64,000 bases of DNA, taken from positions 1-64,000 of the IMG/VR virus record IMGVR_UViG_2562617116_000002, one strand, 5' to 3'. This document shows, one piece after another, positions 9,396-19,016 of the stretch. Both the position numbers and the translations under genes were made by a program. The notes under the pieces were generated by a model. It was not told where the DNA came from. It did not search any database and saw nothing but the letters and a program-made list of their open reading frames with translations. The DNA is from an uncultured virus (IMG/VR IMGVR_UViG_2562617116_000002). Its lineage: Duplodnaviria; Heunggongvirae; Uroviricota; Caudoviricetes. How positions within the stretch are numbered: the stretch's first letter is position 1; every line of letters starts with the position of its first letter.

Positions 9396-12300
9396 TCACC
9401 CACCTTTGACGCCGCTAATGCGTTGCTGAATGCGGAAATCTTCGTTAAATTTGCTTTGGATCAGATCGTACATCTTCTCCGCATCTTCTCTCGACCCATT
9501 TCCGCTATAATTAAGCGTAATATTAATCGGAGAAACGGAGTTATTTCCTGATGAATAATCGTCTCTAGAAAAACTTAACGGTACGCTTCGGTTATACGCT
9601 GCGTCAACCGTATATGAGTAGTCCTGCGCATCAAACAGAGCTGCGTTTGCCATCTCGTCGGCTGCCGCTCTTACTGCGCCGATATTTCGTTCGATACCGA
9701 CCGCAAGACCCATCGGCAGGAATTTACCGATTTCATCGCGGAATACACGTGACGGCGAGTGGATTCCAAGCAGCGACTTAAAGTTGCCCGTAAGGCTGTC
9801 TACGAATCCACCAACTTTTTGGCCGATCCAATCTTTCATGGAATTTATTCCGTCCCAAAGCCCCCGGATCAAGTCGGCCCCCGCCTTGAATAGCTCCTCT
9901 TTATTATCCAAAATGGTCTGACCAAGCTTTACGACGAGTTCAAGGCCCATCTGTAATAGTTGAGGTAAGATTTGAATTATGCCATCAATTAAAGCCAAGA
10001 GGATCCTTACCCCGGCCTCAATAATCTTCGGCAAATTTTCAATCAACGCTCCGGCAAGAGCAACGATTAATTTTAGAGCTGCCTCAATGAGGGTAGGCAA
10101 CATCTTGATAATGCCGTCAATTAAGGCTAATAAAAGTTTTATCCCTGCATCAATAATTTTCGGTAAATTTTCGATTAACGCTTGCGCCACAGTGACGATT
10201 AGGTAAATCGCCATTTCGATTAGCTGTGGAAGGATCTGGATGATCCCGTTAATCAAACTAGTTAAAATCTGAATCCCGGCGTCAATAATCGTTGGTAAAT
10301 TTTCAAGGATCGCATTTGCAAGCGCGAGTATTAGCTGCAACGCCGCTTCAATTAATTGCGGAAGAACCTGGATAATTCCAGAAATTAACGCATTTAAAAT
10401 TTGTATTCCGGCCTGTATAATCATTGGCATAAGCGTTACGATCGTATTAATCAGCGTCGTCAGCATCGTTGTGGCCGCTTGGATGATCTGCGGTAGCGCC
10501 TCGACTATTCCTTGGATCAGTGAAGTCAAGATCATAATACCGGCGCCGATCAGCGCAGGCAATAAAGTAACGATCGCTTGAACTAACGAATTGATAATCT
10601 GAGTTACCGCCGTTAGAATACTCGGCAACGCTTGAGTAAATCCGTTCAACAAACCTTGTATGATCTGAATGCCCGCTTGTAAAATTATAGGTAGATTCGT
10701 GACGATCATATTGACGAAAGAATTCACAATATTAACCGCAGTATTGAGAATCTTCGGCATATTCTGCTGAATGCCTTGCGCTATTGCCGGGAGGTATTTC
10801 GAACCCGCAACGATCAATCCCGGAATACCACCGACTATGATTCCGATGATATTCGGAATGAATTCCGCGAACCCTGAGAAATCTCCGTTAAAGGCGTCAG
10901 ATATTGCCTTTTTCAAATCCTCGAATGCGCCTCGGATAATTGCGACTCCTTTGACGACGACATTCGCAACAGAAGGCGGCAGGAGATTGTGTAACGCGAT
11001 TGAGCCTTTCGTGAAGTCGCCAGTTAGCGTTTCTGCGAGTCCTTTGAACAGTTTCGTTAGTTTATCGACCGTCGGCGATACTTTCCGGCTGATTGCGTTT
11101 CCTAGGGCCGTCACCTTTTCGCGAATAACATCGCTGTGTTTGTAGGCGTAGGCAAAGGCGATTCCGAGCGCGATGACTGCGGCTGATATTAAAGCGAATT
11201 GGCCCATCGTTAGAAGCAGCGCACCTCGAGTCATTCCGAGCACCCTTGCGAATGCGGTAAGCCCTGTGGATATTGCTCCGATAGAGGAGATAACTGAACC
11301 CACAAATATTAAAAGAACGCCAAATACCGCACCAAGTCCGGCCACTACTGCCACTGATGCCGCTGCGTACGTAATAAATTTCTGCATACCGGGAGAAAGG
11401 TTGTTAAATCCGTCGACTACTTTCTGTGCGAATCCAACGAGTGCGGAAAGCGCCGGTATGAGCGCGTTACCTATCGCAATTTGTGCCGTTTCGGTCGCGC
11501 CGCTTAATTCCTCGATCTGTCCTCTTAAGTTATTCATTTTCTCCGCAGCTACTTCCGCAGCCGTAACTTTCGACATCGACTTCCACATGGCATTCGCGCC
11601 TTTTGCGCCTTCTTTCATCATAATGTTCGCTGCACGGATCGCATCTGTACCGAACATTGTTTTCAAAGCCGCCTGTTGCTGCTCTTTTGTTAATCCTTTT
11701 AATTTATCCTGTAAAATCTGCGCTATTTCTGCAAAGGACTTCAAGTTTCCTTTGGCGTCATAGAAAATACTAGATCCGTCTTTTGTGATTAGGCCGAGGT
11801 CTAACATCTGCCCATAAGCCGCTTCTGATGCCGGAGTTAAATTCAACAGCATTGTTTTGAGCGATGTACCGGCATCGGACCCTTTCAACCCGTTCTGTGC
11901 GAATACCGCTAACGCCGTAGACGTATCTTTAAATGACAGGCCGACCCCGGAAGCAACAGCCGAAACCATCGAAAGGCCGTATTTCAATTCGTGCACGTCG
12001 GTCGCCGAAGCGTTAGCTGCCCCCGCAAGCATATTCGCCGCATCAGTAACGGACAGATTGTCGTTTCTGAACGCATTAAGCGCAGTCGATGCGATTTCCG
12101 CCGCTTCAGAAAGGTCCAGCTCGCCCGCTGTTGCTAAGTCTAGTGCACCGGCTAATCCACCGTTTAAGATATCCGCAGTAGATACACCGGCCTTCATGAG
12201 CTCCTCGATGCCTTGACCGGCTTCTAACGAGCTGTACTTCGTCTTAGCTCCGAGTTCTACCGCTAAGTCCGTCAGTTTCTTCATTTCGCTGCCGGTTGCG

Positions 12301-12536
12301 CCAGAAACGGCCTTAACGTTGGACATTTGCTGCTCAAAATCCATCGCTTTATTGACCGCCATTCCTAGACCACCGCCGACTCCCGCCGCTATAGCTCCGA
12401 ACCCTAACGCGATATTCTGACCCATGTTCGACAGTCGTGAACCGAAATCTTCGAGCCGACTCTGAGCTTGGTTGAGTTCACGCGTCAGATCGGAGATTGT
12501 AGCTCCTATTCGGACGGTAATATTATGGTCCGCCAT
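9396..12536 (-). CDS. Tape measure protein (TP901 type)
   Basis: 1046 aa; 'FEQQMSNVKAVSGAT', amphipathic repeats, 'LGIHSPSRVF'. Confidence 0.95.
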   Translation of the reverse strand: MADHNITVRIGATISDLTRELNQAQSRLEDFGSRLSNMGQNIALGFGAIAAGVGGGLGMAVNKAMDFEQQMSNVKAVSGATGSEMKKLTDLAVELGAKTKYSSLEAGQGIEELMKAGVSTADILNGGLAGALDLATAGELDLSEAAEIASTALNAFRNDNLSVTDAANMLAGAANASATDVHELKYGLSMVSAVASGVGLSFKDTSTALAVFAQNGLKGSDAGTSLKTMLLNLTPASEAAYGQMLDLGLITKDGSSIFYDAKGNLKSFAEIAQILQDKLKGLTKEQQQAALKTMFGTDAIRAANIMMKEGAKGANAMWKSMSKVTAAEVAAEKMNNLRGQIEELSGATETAQIAIGNALIPALSALVGFAQKVVDGFNNLSPGMQKFITYAAASVAVVAGLGAVFGVLLIFVGSVISSIGAISTGLTAFARVLGMTRGALLLTMGQFALISAAVIALGIAFAYAYKHSDVIREKVTALGNAISRKVSPTVDKLTKLFKGLAETLTGDFTKGSIALHNLLPPSVANVVVKGVAIIRGAFEDLKKAISDAFNGDFSGFAEFIPNIIGIIVGGIPGLIVAGSKYLPAIAQGIQQNMPKILNTAVNIVNSFVNMIVTNLPIILQAGIQIIQGLLNGFTQALPSILTAVTQIINSLVQAIVTLLPALIGAGIMILTSLIQGIVEALPQIIQAATTMLTTLINTIVTLMPMIIQAGIQILNALISGIIQVLPQLIEAALQLILALANAILENLPTIIDAGIQILTSLINGIIQILPQLIEMAIYLIVTVAQALIENLPKIIDAGIKLLLALIDGIIKMLPTLIEAALKLIVALAGALIENLPKIIEAGVRILLALIDGIIQILPQLLQMGLELVVKLGQTILDNKEELFKAGADLIRGLWDGINSMKDWIGQKVGGFVDSLTGNFKSLLGIHSPSRVFRDEIGKFLPMGLAVGIERNIGAVRAAADEMANAALFDAQDYSYTVDAAYNRSVPLSFSRDDYSSGNNSVSPINITLNYSGNGSREDAEKMYDLIQSKFNEDFRIQQRISGVKGG

Positions 12537-12551
12537 TTAGTACCTCCTTTC

Positions 12552-12935
12552 TTATTTGATTTCAAACTGTGACAACCATTCGTTGGCTTTCTGCTGCTTT
12601 TCGAACAAGTCTTCGGCTTTCTGGTTCGCTATGTCCTCTTGATTCGGCCTTTTGAATAGGTCGCTGAGTTTAACGCGTTTCTTCGAATTACTTGCTTTTG
12701 CGTTCATCATCGCAAGCATGGCGTATTCTTCGAGCCGATCATATTTACGCTCATTGTCCGCTTCTAACAGAATGTAGAATTCTCGTGGCGTGAGTTTCCG
12801 AATTTCATCCGGTGTTTTGCCGAGAATACGCCAGCCGAAGCTAAAGGCTTTTTCTACTTCAGAAAGTCCGCCAGCATCTCCGTTGCTTGAGGGTCCTTCT
12901 TCAGAAGCTTCTCGACTGTTTTCTTGTAGAAAAAA
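12552..12935 (-). CDS. Tail assembly chaperone, -1 frameshift extension (GT-like part)
   Basis: Frame open from the slippery TTTTTTC (12929-12935) to TAA at 12552; 'EIRKLTPREF'; no own RBS. Confidence 0.75.
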   Translation of the reverse strand, partial: FFLQENSREASEEGPSSNGDAGGLSEVEKAFSFGWRILGKTPDEIRKLTPREFYILLEADNERKYDRLEEYAMLAMMNAKASNSKKRVKLSDLFKRPNQEDIANQKAEDLFEKQQKANEWLSQFEIK

Positions 12936-13219
12936 CTCTTAGAAACTACCTCGTTTGAAAGCTTCATAATTTCGTCCATATCGAGCTTTTCTTCCGAAAT
13001 CGCAGCTTCGATTGCCTCGCGAATCTTTTTAATCGAGAAATTCTTTCCGGTATGGAACAGACCCGCGTGGATGATATTCGGGAATGCTTCGAGATCCCCC
13101 ATCAGCGCTTTTCCGATCAATTCGAATGAGCCGCCTTTGTAGAGTCCGTTTAAGTATTCAACACTTGCGTATGTTAGCTTGAGTTCGTATTCATTTCCTT
13201 CGATTTCAAAACGTGCCAT
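12854..13219 (-). CDS. Tail assembly chaperone
   Basis: AGGAGG then MARFEIEGNEYELKL; between major tail and tape measure genes. Confidence 0.85.
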   Translation of the reverse strand: MARFEIEGNEYELKLTYASVEYLNGLYKGGSFELIGKALMGDLEAFPNIIHAGLFHTGKNFSIKKIREAIEAAISEEKLDMDEIMKLSNEVVSKSFFYKKTVEKLLKKDPQATEMLADFLK

Positions 13220-13275
13220 ATTCCAATTCCTCCTATAGAAAAAGGACGCCCGCAAGGCGCCCCGTTAATTTTTAA

Positions 13276-13530
13276 TTAGGATGCTGTTGTACGAGTAACG
13301 ATCTCGCTCATAGGCGATTCTCCGGCCGCATTGACTGCCGTTACGTTAACCGTTAGTTGTGTATCCGCTGCAATTCCCGTCAATGTATGTGAAGTTGTGG
13401 TCACTTCTGCGTCTAATTTCTTCTCAACGCCACGATACACTTTATATGATGTCGCCCCATCTACCGGGTCCCAGCTAACTGTCACGCTATCGACCGTAGC
13501 TGTGTACGATAGATTTTGGGGCGCGCTAGG
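13276..13530 (-). CDS. Fibronectin type III domain, +1 frameshift extension of the major tail protein
   Basis: 'PSAPQNL...SVTVSWDPVDGATSYKVY...VTAVNAAGES'; entered at CCC TAG. Confidence 0.85.
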   Translation of the reverse strand, partial: PSAPQNLSYTATVDSVTVSWDPVDGATSYKVYRGVEKKLDAEVTTTSHTLTGIAADTQLTVNVTAVNAAGESPMSEIVTRTTAS

Positions 13531-13984
13531 GAGTAGCTGGGGTATCCGAGCTAGGCGCACCCGCCGGAATTTCAGTCAGTGTTTGTTCGGTAAGTTCACC
13601 GTTTAGCGATCCCTCAAGTGAGTAAGTCGCGAAGTCTCCGTTACTAAACTCGCGCTCGAAAGAAGAAATCATGTACATCCCGACTTCCGCTTCCTTGGTA
13701 CGAGTATCAACCTCGTAAATTTTTACGAATTCTTTGTTTCGGATTTTCTTTTTCATCGCTTTAACGAAAGGATCGCCTTGTGTAATTACGCCTTCGAAGG
13801 ATACCGATCTAGTGACTTTTCCGTAGTCACTTCCGGTCTTATCCTTCGTATCAAGATCGATAGAATCGGCTTCATCACTAGTCGAACCACTCGTTTGGTT
13901 AAACGGCCGAACAAGTTTTTCTCCGTTGCCATCATCGATGACGACCACGAATAAAAATTCTTCACCGCGATATTCTACTGCCAA
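13526..13984 (-). CDS. Major tail tube protein
   Basis: 'PFNQTSGS...DSIDLDTKDK'; position; ends CCC TAG. Confidence 0.85.
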   Translation of the reverse strand: MAVEYRGEEFLFVVVIDDGNGEKLVRPFNQTSGSTSDEADSIDLDTKDKTGSDYGKVTRSVSFEGVITQGDPFVKAMKKKIRNKEFVKIYEVDTRTKEAEVGMYMISSFEREFSNGDFATYSLEGSLNGELTEQTLTEIPAGAPSSDTPATP

Positions 13985-14001
13985 ATTAAATCCCCCTTTA
14001 T

Positions 14002-14442
14002 TTAATAAGCCTGGTATGTCGAGTCTACTTCGATATCAAAGAAGACCCGATGATAGCTCGTTTTGTCCGATAAATCCTCGGCCGATATAGGTGTCTCGGC
14101 CGTCATATCCACGCAAAAAAGCCCGAGCTCTTTGCTCGGGTCATTCGTATCTATTAATTGGAAGCGATCGAACAGGAAAATCCTCCGGACTGTCTCCTGA
14201 ATAGCCGCTCGTTCTGTCGCTGAATTAGCGTAAACTCCGACTTGAAAGTGGTAGATCGTCCGAACTGTTTCACGTAATTTCGCAAGCATCGACGTATTGT
14301 CTTGCATTTGTTCGATCGTAATGAACGGTCTCGTTTCCGGCAAAGTAACGCCGTCATAAATCCAAACGACTTTATAGCCGGTCTTTTCCGCCAGATGCTG
14401 CTTAATCGAATATTGTAAATCGATCTGTTTCGTAATAATCAC
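14002..14442 (-). CDS. Tail terminator/completion protein
   Basis: Position; 'PFITIEQ', 'FQVGVY'; start uncertain (GTG or ATT near 14440). Confidence 0.65.
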   Translation of the reverse strand: MIITKQIDLQYSIKQHLAEKTGYKVVWIYDGVTLPETRPFITIEQMQDNTSMLAKLRETVRTIYHFQVGVYANSATERAAIQETVRRIFLFDRFQLIDTNDPSKELGLFCVDMTAETPISAEDLSDKTSYHRVFFDIEVDSTYQAY

Positions 14443-14795
14443 CGCCCTAACTGACGGACAAGGCTGTTTATTTTCTCCGTATACGGCAGCTCGTTGTTCC
14501 ATACGGATTTTCGGATGAACGCCTTATGCGTTTTATTTGTGTATTCTTGAATCTTCGCGTAATCTTCGTCCGAACCGTACTCCCACGTTGTCTGGTCGAT
14601 TTCTTCCGGACTTGAGACGATAGAATTACGAAGCCTACCGGTCTTAACCGGAGCATAATCCGCAGATTCATTCGCCATCTTTCGTGTGTATGCCTCGGTC
14701 GTGTTGCCGATATCGCGTACAAGACCTTCGTACTCCAAGGCGCGAACAACTCGGTTAACGCCCTCTATATCGATACGAACCCTTCCGTTCCTCAC
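14439..14795 (-). CDS. HK97 gp10-like tail completion protein
   Basis: 'APVKTGRLRNSI', 'YAKIQEY'. Confidence 0.8.
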   Translation of the reverse strand: MRNGRVRIDIEGVNRVVRALEYEGLVRDIGNTTEAYTRKMANESADYAPVKTGRLRNSIVSSPEEIDQTTWEYGSDEDYAKIQEYTNKTHKAFIRKSVWNNELPYTEKINSLVRQLGR

Positions 14796-15181
14796 GTTAT
14801 CCTCCTCCCAACGAACTCCGCATGATTCCGTTCGCCGATTCCTTTCTTATCTTTCGAAAGGACCTCGTAGTCTTTTCCATCATAGATAACGCGTTTGATA
14901 TTCTCGTAAATATCCGCAATCAGTTCAATAGCGACAGAGAACCAGATGTCTCCGCCCTCTACTTCGATACTATCCAGCAGTTGCCGATCGATCTTGACCT
15001 GCGAACTGATTTCTGTAACTACAGACGAGACCTTAATCTCGTCATATACCGGTTTCTTCTCGTCAGTAATCGGATCGTTGGTGAATCCCGCCTCATAAAT
15101 TACCGTAATCTCATGCGTCCGCCCTCCGATCATGTCTCCACGCGCTTGTTTCATAAACGCAATATCATACGAATCAATCAC
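14792..15181 (-). CDS. Head-tail joining (stopper) protein
   Basis: Position and size. Confidence 0.6.
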   Translation of the reverse strand: MIDSYDIAFMKQARGDMIGGRTHEITVIYEAGFTNDPITDEKKPVYDEIKVSSVVTEISSQVKIDRQLLDSIEVEGGDIWFSVAIELIADIYENIKRVIYDGKDYEVLSKDKKGIGERNHAEFVGRRIT

Positions 15182-15196
15182 GCAGCCACCGCCTTT

Positions 15197-16006
15197 CTAA
15201 AGGTATTTCGGATCGATTTCATACGTCAGATATCCGGTGCAATTAATGTGCATCATGTAGATTTCGGAATCGGTCGGTTTGTATAGGCCGGGTCCCATTC
15301 CGTAACGATCTTCGAGTTCGAGCTGAGTACATCGGTGGTCCGGGCGGTTTGCCTTCCCGCGATGAACCCGAACCGCCTTAACGACTTCGCTTTGTTGCGC
15401 AGAATAAGCTGTAGCGACACGATGCGCCGTATTCCCTTCCGTCACAACTAAACGCCGTATCTTCCACGCATCATTGTCGTAGACTTTTCGCACGTTGGCG
15501 CTGATCGTATTAACCGAATCTCCCCGGATAATTCCGGACCGAATTACCTTCGTAAGCTCGGCACGCTGATCGCCGGCAAAGTTCCAAACACGATCGGACA
15601 AAACGAGATCATCGGCTCCTAGACGATTAACCATGTACCGTAGTACGTTTTTGTTGATCTTATCGAAAGCAACACCGGAGATCGCCGCGGCACCCACAAC
15701 GTCCGATAGTGATTTCTTGATCCCGTCGTTAGTAAATGATGCCGTCTCCGAGATGACTTGGCTTAACGCATCCATGCCGGTATCCCGTACGAGTTTTTCT
15801 ATCGACTCAAGCTCGCGAAGTAGTTTGTTCAAGCGCTGCTTCTTAATAGTTCCATCGCTGCCGCTGTACTCCGAGAGCATGTCGATAATTTCTAATCGAA
15901 TCCGGCCGATCTCCTTAATCGCAAACTCCTGTTGCTCTGCGTTAAACTTCCGATATTCCATCGATACCTTTTTAAGCTGCCGTTCTAGTTCCGCCTGCTT
16001 ACTCAT
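15197..16006 (-). CDS. Minor head protein (SPP1 gp7/MuF-like)
   Basis: 'LSDRVW', 'RLVVTEGNTA', C-terminal 'HINC'. Confidence 0.75.
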   Translation of the reverse strand: MSKQAELERQLKKVSMEYRKFNAEQQEFAIKEIGRIRLEIIDMLSEYSGSDGTIKKQRLNKLLRELESIEKLVRDTGMDALSQVISETASFTNDGIKKSLSDVVGAAAISGVAFDKINKNVLRYMVNRLGADDLVLSDRVWNFAGDQRAELTKVIRSGIIRGDSVNTISANVRKVYDNDAWKIRRLVVTEGNTAHRVATAYSAQQSEVVKAVRVHRGKANRPDHRCTQLELEDRYGMGPGLYKPTDSEIYMMHINCTGYLTYEIDPKYL

Positions 16007-16341
16007 CGCCCGTCCGCCCTTGGCGCGAAGCTTTGATTCGTCAGTAATCGGAGTTGCTTACGGAAATCTTTCTTCGCGTCTTTCGCAAGCTGCGAGTAAT
16101 TCGCAAAGATATTCGTCTTGTCGATCGTTTCCTCACCATCTCCGAAACTAAAAAACCGAGCTGCTTCCGACGCAATCGTTTCATAGGCGATTCCGAGTGC
16201 GCAAAACAACACGGCATTTTCATGTTCTTCCGGATTTAGGCCGCTTTCTTTAACAGCTTCGGCAGTCCATGCGGCGATGTCATCCGCTGTGACGCCCGGC
16301 ACTCGTGATAAACGCGTTCTTAGTCGATCTTCAACCGCCAC
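16003..16341 (-). CDS. Head-tail adaptor
   Basis: Position; GGAGG then GTG; helical protein with 'FSFGDGEETID'. Confidence 0.6.
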   Translation of the reverse strand: MAVEDRLRTRLSRVPGVTADDIAAWTAEAVKESGLNPEEHENAVLFCALGIAYETIASEAARFFSFGDGEETIDKTNIFANYSQLAKDAKKDFRKQLRLLTNQSFAPRADGR

Positions 16342-16355
16342 ATGAATCACCTCCG

Positions 16356-16547
16356 TTATTTTTTCGGTTTAGCCGCTGTTTTCGGCTTTGCTGCCGGTTT
16401 ATCCACGCGTTGAATGAATGGATCGCATTTATCGAGCGCTGCGATTTCCTTTTCAACGTTCGTTTTATAAACGCCGTATCCGTTAAAGACGATGTATAGA
16501 CCGTCTCTGATAAATTCGTAGTTTGGTAGCGTCTTATATTCCGCCAT
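16356..16547 (-). CDS. Small virion-associated hypothetical protein
   Basis: 63 aa, Lys/Ala/Pro-rich tail, follows capsid genes. Confidence 0.6.
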   Translation of the reverse strand: MAEYKTLPNYEFIRDGLYIVFNGYGVYKTNVEKEIAALDKCDPFIQRVDKPAAKPKTAAKPKK

Positions 16548-16963
16548 CAGGACATCAACCCTGCCGTTTTGAGTTTCGCAAGCAATGCGTTAAAATCGGC
16601 CTTCAAACCGTCGACGTCTGCTGCGGTGCTGTTCGCTTGCGTAGCCGCTTTTGTTGCGGTTAGTTTCCCGTCCAAGGCCGATTTAACATCGTCGCCTAGT
16701 TTCGTCATGGTCACCGCTTTGGCGCCGAGGTTGTTCTCTTGCACGCTTCCCGTTCCGATGTTCCGGTTTTGTACGGAGCCGTCGCCGATATTGCGATTCA
16801 GAACCGAATTGTCAGCGAGTTTTTCATTCGTAATTGATTTGTCGGGAATCTCTACGCTGCCTTCGGATTGTAATAGACTTTGGATAATTTCTCCTAGTTT
16901 TAGATCGTTTGCAGCCGGTGAGATCATATTCAATCGTTGTACATCTTCTTTACTTAAAGCCAT
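16547..16963 (-). CDS. Head fibre/decoration protein
   Basis: 10-aa repeats (GSVQNRNIG); C-terminal 'DFNALLAKLKTAGLM'. Confidence 0.75.
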   Translation of the reverse strand: MALSKEDVQRLNMISPAANDLKLGEIIQSLLQSEGSVEIPDKSITNEKLADNSVLNRNIGDGSVQNRNIGTGSVQENNLGAKAVTMTKLGDDVKSALDGKLTATKAATQANSTAADVDGLKADFNALLAKLKTAGLMS

Positions 16964-17015
16964 TTACGGCCTCACCCCTTTCAAAATAAAAAGAGGCCCC
17001 GAAAGGCCTCGTTGA

Positions 17016-18140
17016 TTAGGAAACTGTTTTAGAGATTCCAGAAAGAATTGCGACTGATTCTTTTGCGTTTTTGATTTCGAAACCAAGTTCTCCACGGATT
17101 ACGCGAGCGAAGTAGTCAGCGCCCGGCTCTGTAGCATCTTGGTCGTAAATTGAAGTAAGGTAACGAGCTTTGATGTTGTCAAGGTTAAGCAAGACAGCAC
17201 GATCTTTCGGCATGTTTTGATCGACAACAACTTGAGAAACTGCGCCCCCAGGAAGATCACTCATGAAGGACATGATTTGATAACCGACTTGACCTTCTCC
17301 GCGAGTTGTACGGATAGTGTCGCCTGCAAGTTTAGTAATTTGACGAGAAACGTTCGGAGCACAAAGGATTGTGTTTACACGGCCTCCGCGTTTGAACGTT
17401 TCTTCGATAGCATCATTCAAACCCTTAGCAGTAATTTCTTTACCGCCGAAATCCGTTGACGCGGAACCTTGCTCTTGAGCAAAAGCGAATAAACCGCCGG
17501 AAGTGCGTGGTTGTTGATCAGATCCTTGGTATTTCCGACCGTAAATAAGAGAGTTATTGATCTCGCGAACCATCTCTTGTAGACGCAAGTTAACTTGGTA
17601 GTCCAGTTCGTCAGCAACTCCGTAAGTATTTACTTGTTGTTGCGTACGAGAAACGGAAGCGTAACGAGTGAAAATTTGAGAGTAGTTGAACGATACGATA
17701 CGGTCGTTGATTTCGTTCTTTCTAAATACGGACTCACCTTCTGGACGCGGACGAGAAATAACTTTCAGGTCGGCGCCTGCTTCGATAGCTTCCGGAGTAG
17801 TTGCGTCGTATCCACGTTGAACCGTAATTTTTTCGGCTGCTTCATCGACTTTAGTTACGCGCATTACTTCTAGGCCGTTTTGAACAAGCGCATTTTCGGT
17901 AAATTTGCGCGCCTCTCCTTCGCCTAATTCGATCTCCGTTGCGTCCGCTGCGGCAGCAGTTTTTACAACGGCCGTATCGCTGTTGAGGTAATCGTTCTGC
18001 CATTCGAATTTAGTTTGCGATAGAGCATCTCCCGTTCCGATCAGGCCGAAAAGAACCGGTGCCTTTGTAAGAATTAAATCTACGTTCGCCTGCATGTCGC
18101 GAACTTGTTGCTGGAAATCATACGATTGTGCAACTGCCAT
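17016..18140 (-). CDS. Major capsid protein
   Basis: 374 aa after scaffold; 'NYSQIF', 'R.SGGL', 'GELGFEIKN'. Confidence 0.85.
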   Translation of the reverse strand: MAVAQSYDFQQQVRDMQANVDLILTKAPVLFGLIGTGDALSQTKFEWQNDYLNSDTAVVKTAAAADATEIELGEGEARKFTENALVQNGLEVMRVTKVDEAAEKITVQRGYDATTPEAIEAGADLKVISRPRPEGESVFRKNEINDRIVSFNYSQIFTRYASVSRTQQQVNTYGVADELDYQVNLRLQEMVREINNSLIYGRKYQGSDQQPRTSGGLFAFAQEQGSASTDFGGKEITAKGLNDAIEETFKRGGRVNTILCAPNVSRQITKLAGDTIRTTRGEGQVGYQIMSFMSDLPGGAVSQVVVDQNMPKDRAVLLNLDNIKARYLTSIYDQDATEPGADYFARVIRGELGFEIKNAKESVAILSGISKTVS

Positions 18141-18197
18141 GTGTAAATCCCCCTAATAATTTTTTGTAATTAAAAAAGCCGCCATAGGGCGACTGAA

Positions 18198-18923
18198 TTA
18201 CCGTTTGTTTTTTAACTCCCGAAGTTCGTTGTACAGCTTCGTTACTTTTCCGAGATATCGCGGATTCTTTAGCGCTAATTTTTTCGTCTCTTCTAGCTCG
18301 TTCTCTTTTGCGACAATCTCCGTTTGGGTGTTGCTCTTGGCCGGGTTGCTTCCGCCAGATGCGTCGGCTCCGATCGGTTGTTTAAACATCCACGGGCTTG
18401 ATTCCTTAAACGCTGCGACCACTTCTTCGGCTCCTTTTACGTTTCCATCTTCGTCAATTTCGACCGCAGACTTATCGAGTAGCGCGAGCACTTGGTTCGG
18501 ATCGTTTGCGTTAAGAGATCGAGCGATTGCGCGAAGCTCCGTATTGATGATTCGTTGATTGGCTGATTCTTGCGCTTTTTTGGCCGCCTCCGCTGCTTCT
18601 TCCGCCTTCTTGGCCGCTTCTTCTTTTTCGGCTCGCAGGCGCTCAGCTTCGGACATTTCCGCTTTCTTGCGTTCCTCTTCGGCCTTTTCTAACTCTTCGA
18701 GGCGTTTCGCTTTTTCTTCGAGCTCGGCTTGCTTCTTTTTCTCGCGCTCAAGACGCTTGTTAAGAATTTCGTCGAGTTCAGCCTGTGTGAACGTCTTTTC
18801 CGGTGTCTTCGGTTGCTCTGTCGGTTTTGGTTCCGGCTCCCCAGCCGTAGGTTGAGCGTTAGGATCTTCCGGTTCTGTTTGTTCCGCAAAAAATTGTAGG
18901 TTTAAAGGTAATAATTTCGGCAT
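18198..18923 (-). CDS. Capsid scaffolding protein
   Basis: N-terminal 'LNLQFFAE' (Prp cleavage-type motif), 'KTFTQAELD', coiled coil. Confidence 0.9.
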   Translation of the reverse strand: MPKLLPLNLQFFAEQTEPEDPNAQPTAGEPEPKPTEQPKTPEKTFTQAELDEILNKRLEREKKKQAELEEKAKRLEELEKAEEERKKAEMSEAERLRAEKEEAAKKAEEAAEAAKKAQESANQRIINTELRAIARSLNANDPNQVLALLDKSAVEIDEDGNVKGAEEVVAAFKESSPWMFKQPIGADASGGSNPAKSNTQTEIVAKENELEETKKLALKNPRYLGKVTKLYNELRELKNKR

Positions 18924-19016
18924 ATCGTACCTCCACGTTTAAAGTCCGAGTAGACTGTAGATTACGAATAACAACATCCGGCAGTTTACCGACAATACCG
19001 TAGGTCAAGAGCGTTG

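Noticed and set aside
9979..12216. Several plus-strand ORFs opposite the tape measure gene, and similar shadow ORFs elsewhere
   Set aside because: Antisense shadows of long genes with no RBS or recognisable motifs.
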